Part shown: piece after piece, positions 1-8,287 of the stretch
How the letters are laid out: each line of letters begins with the position of its first letter
How positions within the stretch are numbered: the first letter of the stretch is position 1
Origin: Chthoniobacteraceae bacterium
GTDB lineage: Bacteria > Verrucomicrobiota > Verrucomicrobiia > Chthoniobacterales > Chthoniobacteraceae
Direction of reading: 5' to 3'
NCBI GenBank assembly: GCA_037190965.1
Contig: JBBCKI010000024.1
Coordinates: forward strand, 1-64,000
DNA length: 64,000 nucleotides
Program-made: the position numbers and the translations under genes
Notes under the pieces: model-generated
Told to the model about the DNA's origin: nothing
The model's database searches: none
The model's input: only the letters and a program-made list of their open reading frames with translations

Positions 1-523
1 TGCCGGTTAGTGCCGTCCTCGCTTCAATACAAAGGGCTTCATCTCCCGAGGCATAGACCAGCGGAACACCAAGCGCGCCTGCATAAAGAGCAAACTGTCC
101 CAATTCACCGTATTCGATGCCATTTACGGTTAGACGGGTAATCTCCTTGGGAATCTGGGTATGGTCCAGAAAGCCACCTAGTGTCCCTGCCATTGCATGT
201 TGCCCGATCATTGCCGCGGCATGAACGTTCTCGTCGAATCCATCAAAACGAAGAGGAGGACCTTTTTCGAGCCAAACCACCTTTCCGCGAGCATCAAGTT
301 TTCCACCCAGAAAACCACGATTTAGGTTTCTGCCGTGCCCATCAAGGACTCGTACTTCAGTCGCTCCCGCATCGAAGCATCCGGCGATAGCGGCATTGGT
401 ATCAGCGGTAAGCTGCTCGAGGCCATAGAGATACTCCGGGGATCGGTCATCTGGATCATAACACTGGTTCCATCTATCCACCCCAGCTAATCCCTCCATA
501 TCTGTACAAATCCAAATAATCAT
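1..523 (-). CDS. M55-family (DppA-like D-aminopeptidase) metallopeptidase, 3' part runs off the window
   Basis: Not in the ORF track. Hand translation from the ATG at 523 gives MIIWICTDMEGLAGVD...AAIAGCFDAGATEVRVLDGHG, matching the M55 DMEG and DxH motifs. ATGA overlap with the upstream gene's stop. Confidence 0.85.
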   Translation of the reverse strand, partial: MIIWICTDMEGLAGVDRWNQCYDPDDRSPEYLYGLEQLTADTNAAIAGCFDAGATEVRVLDGHGRNLNRGFLGGKLDARGKVVWLEKGPPLRFDGFDENVHAAAMIGQHAMAGTLGGFLDHTQIPKEITRLTVNGIEYGELGQFALYAGALGVPLVYASGDEALCIEARTALTG

Positions 524-1824
524 CTTTTGCTCCGCATCAATGCTCCGTCGATTTGATTCTTCAAGGAGTCTTCCGCATCGCATGTGGTGTAACATCGAGT
601 CGGCATCAGTTCGTACCCTCCTTCTGAAAATGCCCGGGCGGTTGGCACATAAAACATCTTCCCGTCACCGTAGGCGGCCACAGCAATGAATCTGCGCGGG
701 TGCTTCTTTAGCGCATGAAGTTGATACTCAATAAATGGTTCCCCCGGCAGAAACAGGACAGTAGCTTCAGCGAAGCTCAGCGTTTGAACTGCAACGCAAT
801 TCCAATTGGAAGTATTATGAGCTGCTAAGGCCCACGCCGCTCCGACTTTTTCGGGAAGATTCGCCTTTCCCGATTCTAAAATAGTCCTAGCTTGTTTCTT
901 CGAAATTCTTATTGAGAGCGGTAGATTTATGGCTCGAGACTCCCAATATAAATTTTTTTCCCGGCTGCGTCTATTTTTGCTCTTCTCAACGGCCTCAGAG
1001 ATTCCATCGGCGATTCGCTGTCCAAACCGACGGATGTTTAACTCCGGATCAGTAGTCGAATACTTTCCAAGGGTAATATTGCCCGCACAGCCTGTAAAAT
1101 AGAGATGTTGCGCTCCTGGATACCGTTCGGTTGTAAGCCGTAAAGCCTCACCGATACAATCTGCCGAAATAGTTCCCCTGCCATGAGCTGATTGAGGATG
1201 CACCGCATAGAAATTCATCGACGCAACTAGCTGACTTTCATTCCAGAAAGTTACTGACTTCAGCATCGGATCGATCAAACCAATTGGAAGCGCCTTAATT
1301 TTCCGATCCTCACATAGCGAAAACCGTGTGGTGAAAACCTTCCCATTCTCATCCAACATCCTTCGATTCGAGGCGCACTTCTTAACCCGCGCCGATCCGA
1401 TTCCAATTTCAGTGAATTCGCGATAATGGACATTCACCGTGCCGTCCTGCAAACGCCTGAGGACATCATTCCACCACGTTTGGTCAAGCTGGCCGATGCC
1501 GTGCCTTTGGAGTTCGCTCTCTGGCTCACTGATTACATAGGGGGCATCGTGTTGGTGAACAGTGTGTAGGGCTACCCGACTTGCCGAAGTATTGGCTCCC
1601 ATCGCCAGGGCTTCACATGCCTGCCGGTGGGCGCGTCCATCAATCGCACAAAAATCGATTACACAGAGAACGACCCGCGTAACTCCATCATCAATAATCA
1701 AACCGCGAGCCCATAAAGGATCGCGACACGTCGTAGCTGGAGGAAGAAGACCGCCGCAGAGAGAATGACCTATAGGGGGCGTCACCTCTATATTAAATGG
1801 TGCCAATATCAGCCTGTCATTCAT
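520..1824 (-). CDS. Hypothetical metallohydrolase of the neutral/alkaline ceramidase-like family common in PVC bacteria
   Basis: Motifs DPLWARGL, HTVHQHDAP, YAVHPQS, YFTGCAGN, LPGEPFIEYQ, EGGYE. Start set at MNDRL. Confidence 0.65.
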   Translation of the reverse strand: MNDRLILAPFNIEVTPPIGHSLCGGLLPPATTCRDPLWARGLIIDDGVTRVVLCVIDFCAIDGRAHRQACEALAMGANTSASRVALHTVHQHDAPYVISEPESELQRHGIGQLDQTWWNDVLRRLQDGTVNVHYREFTEIGIGSARVKKCASNRRMLDENGKVFTTRFSLCEDRKIKALPIGLIDPMLKSVTFWNESQLVASMNFYAVHPQSAHGRGTISADCIGEALRLTTERYPGAQHLYFTGCAGNITLGKYSTTDPELNIRRFGQRIADGISEAVEKSKNRRSREKNLYWESRAINLPLSIRISKKQARTILESGKANLPEKVGAAWALAAHNTSNWNCVAVQTLSFAEATVLFLPGEPFIEYQLHALKKHPRRFIAVAAYGDGKMFYVPTARAFSEGGYELMPTRCYTTCDAEDSLKNQIDGALMRSKR

Positions 1825-1828
1825 CTCG

Positions 1829-2746
1829 TTAGAGTGTGATGGCTCTACCTGAATCGCGACTCTCATTCGCCGCCTCGAGGAATCGAATGACTTCTATGCT
1901 TTCTGCAATTTCAAGAGGCGATCTTTTATTTCTAAGAAAGTCCATAATTTTTTCAACGAGCGAAGCATAGAATGGCTTAGAACATTTTGCCACATCGACA
2001 AAAGATGACGCTTTCTCTCGGTGAATGATCCCTCCGAAAGTGAAATTTCCCTTGCGATTTCCACGTATCGAACCGATTCGCCCGTCTTTCCAAAGACCGA
2101 CAGCCAAATCATGATCTGTAGATGTAGAAACCTTAACTTCAGTACAACCGCTCCCTAAAGTTGCAAATAGCATTTCCGCCGAATGGATTCCATACCAAAA
2201 AAAGCCAGGCATTGACGGCTGAATCTCAAGTGGCCCAAAGAAGTCGGCACCAACTATTGCCCCATTCTCATCATCAGCTAAAGCGCTAACCAAAGCCGTG
2301 CAATATCTGAGAGCCGAACAACTCAGTAACGGAGTACCGTGCTCCTTGGAAAGGGCGGCAATCTCTCGGCAATCTTCGGTCGAAACCGCTAATGGTTTGT
2401 CTATGAATACGGGTTTTCCAAAGGAAACAAGACCTTTGAAGAGTTCCAAATGAACCCGACCATCTACTGATTCCAAAAGAATTGCATCACTCTGCTCGGC
2501 AACCATCTCAGGTGAATCCACGATTTTTACTCCGTGTTTCTCCTGCAGAATCGAAGTGTATCCGGGAACTCGACTGTAACTGAAATCCAGATCTGGCGAG
2601 CCTCCAGGGAAGGCCGCGACAATCTTTCCACCAGGCACGTGATGGGGATGTGTCGGCATATTCAAAATATCAGCAAAGGCCTCAACATGAGAAGTATCAA
2701 GGCCGACAATGCCAATTCTCAATGGCAAAACTGAATCGTCCATCAT
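1829..2746 (-). CDS. Gfo/Idh/MocA family oxidoreductase
   Basis: N-terminal RIGIVGLDTSH Rossmann motif, KPVFIDKPLA, YGIH. Confidence 0.9.
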   Translation of the reverse strand: MMDDSVLPLRIGIVGLDTSHVEAFADILNMPTHPHHVPGGKIVAAFPGGSPDLDFSYSRVPGYTSILQEKHGVKIVDSPEMVAEQSDAILLESVDGRVHLELFKGLVSFGKPVFIDKPLAVSTEDCREIAALSKEHGTPLLSCSALRYCTALVSALADDENGAIVGADFFGPLEIQPSMPGFFWYGIHSAEMLFATLGSGCTEVKVSTSTDHDLAVGLWKDGRIGSIRGNRKGNFTFGGIIHREKASSFVDVAKCSKPFYASLVEKIMDFLRNKRSPLEIAESIEVIRFLEAANESRDSGRAITL

Positions 2747-2747
2747 C

Positions 2748-4028
2748 TTATTGAGCAGCATAGAATGAGGCAACCTTTCGAATCGCTTCGGCTGCACCGT
2801 CTATCCAGGCCTCATCCATCCACTGTGAAATAGGTGTCGTTACACATGTTTCCAGAATCAGTTCAGCCGTAGGGCAACAAACAGTGCGATAATCCATGCA
2901 GGTCAAACCGAGCGCCTTGATCGGCCACTGACCGGCGAAGAAATTGTGATCTTGAAAAACAGGATATTTATACACCGGTGCGACGATATATCCTTCAGTG
3001 CACGGTAACCCCTCGGCCTGCAAAGCCTCGACGAACTTTTTCCGATCGCACTTGAGTGCTTCAAGGTCTAGCCGAAACATATAGAACCAAAAGCTACAGA
3101 GATCTTCCTTGTTAACTTGGTGAGGCAGAATACCCGAAACTCCGGAAAGCTTTGTCGTTAGAAGCCTTCCAAGCTTTGCTCGCGCCTCAGAAATAGCTTT
3201 GACACGAGTCATCTGAACTGCGGCAATAGCCGACTGCGGCTCACTGATTCGGTAGTTCGGAGCAAGGAACTCAGGCATTTTTGTCCCTGCGGCGCGATCA
3301 TATGCCTTGTCGCCATACTTTTGCAAAAGCGGTCCAATCGCATCGCTGTTTGAAGCGACTATCCCGCCGTCGCCACAGCCGATGTGCTTGAAATCATTCA
3401 GTGAAAAACACGCTATATCTCCAAAGGTTCCAACAGCCTGACCAGCGAACTCTGCTCCCCAGGCTTGCGCACAATCCTCGATAAGAGTAATTTTATACTT
3501 ATTCGCAAGATGCCTAAGCCTTGATAAGTCGCAGGGGTTTCCCGCTAGATGAACAGCGAGAATCGCCTTTGTACGCGGAGTAATCTTTTTCTCGACATCG
3601 ACCGGATCCAAATTGTAGCGGTTCGGTTCGAGATCCGCGAATACAGGAACCCCTTGTTGATAAAGAATGCCGATTACAGTTCCCATATCCGTGATTGGGG
3701 ATGTAATCACCTCGTCTCCAGGAGCTACACCGGCAGCAGCGATAGCGATGTGAATGGCAGCCGTACCCGAGGAACACGGCATAACGTAGTTGAGGGGGTA
3801 ATGCTCATTAAAACGTTGCGTGAGAAGTTGGGATTGCGGTCCATTCCAGTAAAACAACGATCGCTGGTTTACCATTGAATAGAGTTGCTCGCGCTCCGCG
3901 TTGTCCCATCGAATCCCAACGGGGATATCTCGCTTTAAGGCGCGGCTTCCTCCGAGGATCGCAAGAGAATGAGCATTATTCGCTCCAGCTTCATTTCCGA
4001 AATTCTGTTCAATTAATACATTCGTCAT
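2748..4028 (-). CDS. DegT/DnrJ/EryC1/StrS family PLP aminotransferase
   Basis: SSGTAAIH, IEDCAQAWGA, FSLNDFKHIGCGDGG, NYRISE. Confidence 0.92.
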   Translation of the reverse strand: MTNVLIEQNFGNEAGANNAHSLAILGGSRALKRDIPVGIRWDNAEREQLYSMVNQRSLFYWNGPQSQLLTQRFNEHYPLNYVMPCSSGTAAIHIAIAAAGVAPGDEVITSPITDMGTVIGILYQQGVPVFADLEPNRYNLDPVDVEKKITPRTKAILAVHLAGNPCDLSRLRHLANKYKITLIEDCAQAWGAEFAGQAVGTFGDIACFSLNDFKHIGCGDGGIVASNSDAIGPLLQKYGDKAYDRAAGTKMPEFLAPNYRISEPQSAIAAVQMTRVKAISEARAKLGRLLTTKLSGVSGILPHQVNKEDLCSFWFYMFRLDLEALKCDRKKFVEALQAEGLPCTEGYIVAPVYKYPVFQDHNFFAGQWPIKALGLTCMDYRTVCCPTAELILETCVTTPISQWMDEAWIDGAAEAIRKVASFYAAQ

Positions 4029-4135
4029 GACAAAAACTGTAGATAGATTTTAATCTTTCTTAAGATGCGCTCCATATAGTCGCGCTGCTTTCGCTTTCAC
4101 CTAATTGGAGTTCTGGGGACCCAGGTAGAACTGGG

Positions 4136-4843
4136 CTAAAATCCATTGATGCCGAAATACTCAAGGCGATTCTCCGAAAATTTTTCGAAATTCAAGGACT
4201 CGACGTGACCGTCGCAAAACAACGCATTTATGATTTCGGGAGCATGTCTAGTAGGATAAACACCACCAATATTCTGGGTTTTCCCGGCCTTGGGGTCATT
4301 CATCAAGAATGTGAGATCTACATAAAGTGTTCCTTCTTCACCAAAGAAATCGCTCGCATCACAAAGCACTATTCTTTGACTTGGCTTCGATACTGAAACC
4401 ACTTTGACGGGCGGGTAGGTGGTCCAGGGCATAATGTTGGCATTTGCGCCATAATCCGATAGTGGCCCGTGTAGTTTTACCGAGGGACAATAGAAGACCT
4501 CATTTGAGGTGGGCCTTCCATCAGGATGGCGGTATGAGCCAGGATAGGGGTCTGGAAGATACGGTTCAAGATGGTCTACCCAAAACGGTGCACCCCCCCA
4601 CTGGCCAACCCACAGATTTGGGTAGGTCCCATTATTTTCGCTTGTGTATGCTGCTATCGCACCGCCAATTACACGGAGATTACTAACGCATTTGACGCGA
4701 TTTGTAAACTCCCTAATGTGCTTGAGAGCGGGGAAAAGGAGAACCGCAAGAATCGCGATAACGGCCAAAACCACGAGTAGCTCAATAAGAGTAAATCCCC
4801 AGCGCGGAGCTTTTAAGTCAGGTTTTTGGAGAAGTAAACTCAT
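4136..4843 (-). CDS. Prepilin-type N-terminal cleavage/methylation protein with H-X9-DG-type C-terminal motif
   Basis: GFTLIELLVVLAVIAIL, CVSNLR, and C-terminal RH...NALFCDGHVE. Confidence 0.9.
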   Translation of the reverse strand: MSLLLQKPDLKAPRWGFTLIELLVVLAVIAILAVLLFPALKHIREFTNRVKCVSNLRVIGGAIAAYTSENNGTYPNLWVGQWGGAPFWVDHLEPYLPDPYPGSYRHPDGRPTSNEVFYCPSVKLHGPLSDYGANANIMPWTTYPPVKVVSVSKPSQRIVLCDASDFFGEEGTLYVDLTFLMNDPKAGKTQNIGGVYPTRHAPEIINALFCDGHVESLNFEKFSENRLEYFGINGF

Positions 4844-4880
4844 TTGGTTTTTTTGCGCTTCAATACTCAACGGGTGTAAA

Positions 4881-5903
4881 TTACCGGGCGTCCCGTCTGC
4901 GGACACGCCGTGATACTAGGATCACCCCGGCAATAATGAGAGCATAGCTGCCTGGTTCAGGGATTGCGACCCCTGCGGTAAGCTCAACAATGTTCAAATT
5001 ACTTCCCAGAGATCCGAGGAAGTTGCCATTCGCATCAAATCGGAGGAGATCTCCAGACGGGGAGCCATTGGTGAGAGCCAAAACCACGTCCCCGCTGTCG
5101 GGATCGACAACGAGGTCCACCACATTCCCCAGCGTCGTGGCATATGTTCCTAGAAATGCCCCATCTGAGCCATAGGCGGAAAGCGAACCGCCAAAACTGT
5201 CAGAAGCTAACCACATGATTCCAGTTGCTGAGCTGGCGAGGTGTGGATTAAGCCATGTTTCGCTTAATGAATCGATAAAGAGACCTGTTGTTGTATACCG
5301 CGAAATGGCTCCGCTAATGCTGTCAGCGAACCACATATCTGTAGTTGAAGTATTGAGGGTCATCCCCCGACCCGCCCCCACTGGGCTGTTTGATTGGATG
5401 ACATTGTAGCTGGAATCGAAAACAAAGGAATATGTCGTTCCATCAGCTTCATATGTGGCCCACGAATTTCCGCTGGCGGCGCCAGCCACTCTCACTGTTG
5501 ACGTGAAACCGGTTCCATATTGTCCCTGAAAAGCACCGCTCGCGCTCCAGCGCCCCAAGGTTCCGCTCGAGGTGTAGGCAACAAGGAGATCGCCATTGTC
5601 TTTGCGTGTCTCCACGTCCAGAACGGTTCCTAAATTACCACCCGTCGCCACTCCGATAAATGAGAGACTTGAGGAATACAGCGAAAGGTCCCCTTCGCTT
5701 GTGCCAACCACGACATAGCCGTTAAAGGAGTTATACGCAACGTTATTGATTCCTGAAATTGCAACGCTATTCTGTAATCCTGAGCTTGTAGAGAATTGAT
5801 ACAACGTGCCTCCATCATTTGTCCCTGCAACATAAACCGCTGCGTAGCTTGATTGTGAACTCAATAGAACGATTGATGCAATTGCCGCTGCTATGGATTT
5901 CAT
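4881..5903 (-). CDS. PEP-CTERM surface protein, beta-propeller-like repeats
   Basis: Signal peptide, then a Ser/Gly/Thr-rich body, then IPEP + TM helix + RRVRRR. Confidence 0.9.
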   Translation of the reverse strand: MKSIAAAIASIVLLSSQSSYAAVYVAGTNDGGTLYQFSTSSGLQNSVAISGINNVAYNSFNGYVVVGTSEGDLSLYSSSLSFIGVATGGNLGTVLDVETRKDNGDLLVAYTSSGTLGRWSASGAFQGQYGTGFTSTVRVAGAASGNSWATYEADGTTYSFVFDSSYNVIQSNSPVGAGRGMTLNTSTTDMWFADSISGAISRYTTTGLFIDSLSETWLNPHLASSATGIMWLASDSFGGSLSAYGSDGAFLGTYATTLGNVVDLVVDPDSGDVVLALTNGSPSGDLLRFDANGNFLGSLGSNLNIVELTAGVAIPEPGSYALIIAGVILVSRRVRRRDAR

Positions 5904-5909
5904 TGGTAT

Positions 5910-7106
5910 TTATTCTAATTTGGGGGTTTGTGGAATATGGGTGTTTCCCGGTTTCCAAATTGCGTGATTCGCAAAAGAGAGAAGTTGTTCTCCAGCAGAC
6001 TCGATGTATCGAACTAAAGTGATGGCGGCCAGACACCCTGTTGAATATGGATCGAACTCCATCCGAGATAGCTCAATGTTCCCAGGGAGAGGATTTCCGC
6101 GATTCCCGAGTGTTATAAGACCTAAATTTTCGCCTGGATGCACACCTAATTCGCTTAACGCACTCCAAGCGTTTCGAAGGACAATATCATCGGACACGAA
6201 TAACGCATCGGGTGCCACTGATGAGGAAAATATATCAACTGCCGCTTTTGCGGCATCTTTCGATTCAGAACAATAGTGGGAATTTCTGTAAGACAAGCCC
6301 GCCGTCGCCATTACGTCGTTGTAAACTTCTGTTATTTTGTAGCCGCATCTCTCAATGCAACCCCTGTCGTTGATCATGGGCAGATCAAGACCTAGAAGGG
6401 CTATCCGCTTGTAGTTTTTTGAAATAAGAAAGTCGAGTCCGCGGCGTATCGCTTCAAACACGTCGAGTTGGACAAGAGGCTGAATACCAAAGCCAGCATT
6501 TGCGCTCCAAATAAATACAGTCGGAGATACTTTTTTATCCATCTTGGCGTAAGCTGCAGCGAATTCGGCAAGCACTATTCGACCGTCACATGTACGATTA
6601 CCTAGCTTTGCAATAGCACTGTCCCGTTTCTCGTCGCCGCTAACACGTGGTAGTTGGAAGAACTTCAAATGATGTCCCAAGTCTTTGATCTGATCGGCTA
6701 TACCCTTCTGGATCCAAGCATTCGTTTCACCGAGCGATTCTTCACTCCACCAGACGTCTAAAATAAGTTTGGTCTTACTGGCAACCGGCCGCATTCGAGT
6801 AATCGGCTTCTCGTCATGAAAAAGATCGTGAAAAGATCTTTGGGCAGAATTTATCCCGTTAACAAAGGCTGGGGTTGTTTTCGGCACTTTGCGAACATAG
6901 ACGCCGCTACCCTGTTTCCTAACCAAGATACCCTCATCAACAAGTGATTGAATCACGGATTTAATATGCCACCTACTAAGGTTGAATTGCTTCGAAAGTT
7001 CACGCTCGGGCTTTAAGCGAGCCCCTACTTTTGCGGGTTTTTGCGAAAGACAGTGGTAGATGGCAGCGAGAAATTCCTCAGGTTTTAATGAGTGGTTATG
7101 AGTCAT
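5910..7106 (-). CDS. GntR-HTH / LacI-type sugar-binding-domain transcriptional regulator
   Basis: LKPERELSKQFNLSR...QGSGVYV winged HTH; C-terminal PDALFVSDD periplasmic-binding-like fold. Confidence 0.85.
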   Translation of the reverse strand: MTHNHSLKPEEFLAAIYHCLSQKPAKVGARLKPERELSKQFNLSRWHIKSVIQSLVDEGILVRKQGSGVYVRKVPKTTPAFVNGINSAQRSFHDLFHDEKPITRMRPVASKTKLILDVWWSEESLGETNAWIQKGIADQIKDLGHHLKFFQLPRVSGDEKRDSAIAKLGNRTCDGRIVLAEFAAAYAKMDKKVSPTVFIWSANAGFGIQPLVQLDVFEAIRRGLDFLISKNYKRIALLGLDLPMINDRGCIERCGYKITEVYNDVMATAGLSYRNSHYCSESKDAAKAAVDIFSSSVAPDALFVSDDIVLRNAWSALSELGVHPGENLGLITLGNRGNPLPGNIELSRMEFDPYSTGCLAAITLVRYIESAGEQLLSFANHAIWKPGNTHIPQTPKLE

Positions 7107-7411
7107 GAATCCAACCATTGCACCAAAATGGTCCGAAAGGGCAAAAAAAATATTTAGTGATGACCTCTCGGAATAAAGCCCCCCTATTGGCGGAAAAGAA
7201 TATCTCGCCCGTGCAGATACTCGCCCCCTCCGGAAATCACTTGACGTTGAGGCCGACCCAGCTTTTGGGCGGACTGCTAATCGCAAGCTTCTAGGGGATA
7301 ATTCTCTCACGCCCAACCAATCTGTCATAATGATTGGTTAAGTCAACGGAATTTTTAAAAACTGCGGCCCCGCAGAATAAAAAGCACCCGTTGAGGCCGA
7401 AACGCAGGATC

Positions 7412-7459
7412 CCGACCGTCCTATGCAAAAACCCCGTTCCGATCGTCCTATGCAAAAAC
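7412..7459 (+). repeat. Tandem 21-bp direct repeat, probable transposase-binding sites of an IS end
   Basis: ccgaccgtcctatgcaaaaac (7412-7432) and ccgatcgtcctatgcaaaaac (7439-7459), just downstream of the integrase-core gene. Confidence 0.6.
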
Positions 7460-7528
7460 TAATCCGCATCAGGTTGTTGTACATGAGCGAGATACGATGG
7501 TATTAAAGACAATGTTCCCGTTCTGTTA

Positions 7529-8085
7529 TCACGCTGCTTTGCGATAGCAATGCCGTAACAGCCCGCACAGACGGCCCTCGCATTCAACCTCACCTGGATC
7601 GAACACCCCAACATCGGGCGGCGGCATCGCTACGATCCCGATTGTCCGATTCCCAATCCCTTGGTGCGGTCGGACGGTGTTGTAGTGGTCCTCGTACTCG
7701 CGGAGGAGGAACTCCAGATGTCGTTCGCCGAAAGTCACAAAATGATTGAGGCATTCATTCTGAATGCTTTGCACGAACCGCTCGGCATAGGCGTTCAGAT
7801 TGGGCGAACGATAGGGCAACCGCTTCACCTTGATTCCTTCACTCTCGAAAATCTCGTCGAACTTCTCGGTAAACTTGGTATCCCCGTCCTTGATCAGGTG
7901 CGTGGCCATTTCGTCTCGTTTGGCTAGTTCCATAACAAAGTTACGGGCCTGTTGCTCCACCCAAGGTCCATTCAGCTGGCAGCTCATCCCGGCGATCCGT
8001 ACCTTCCGGGTGCCAACGTGGATGAAGAAAAGGACGTAGTAGGTCACCTTGCCAAACCCGGTCCAGACGTCCTTCGCCAAGCATC
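7529..8085 (-). pseudogene. 5'-truncated integrase-core (rve, DDE) transposase
   Basis: YYVLFFIHVGTRKV, LIKDGDTKF, PYRSPNLNAYAERFV, YNTVRPHQG. The N-terminal HTH and first catalytic Asp region are missing. Confidence 0.85.
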
Positions 8086-8287
8086 GGCCTGATGTTATCG
8101 CCCTCAAAATCATGCAAAAATCATAATTTTGGCCCGTAAATCGTGCGAAACCTTGCCTCTGGCCCGTTTTCCGGCATTCTCGTAAGTGCAATGAAGAAGC
8201 AGACTTGCGCAGAATCTACGATGCGAGGTCGCCATTCAAATCCCGTACGCGCTGCCAGTATTCAAGGTTCCAGCTTGTTCACGAATC

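Noticed and set aside
7315..7339. Palindrome aaccaatc-N9-gattggtt (and ccagta-N7-tactgg at 30608-30626)
   Set aside because: Plausible ordinary regulator operators, but single short instances that cannot be supported further.
7412..7459. CRISPR array
   Set aside because: Only two 21-bp units with a 6-bp spacer, and no cas genes. No CRISPR array was seen anywhere in the window.
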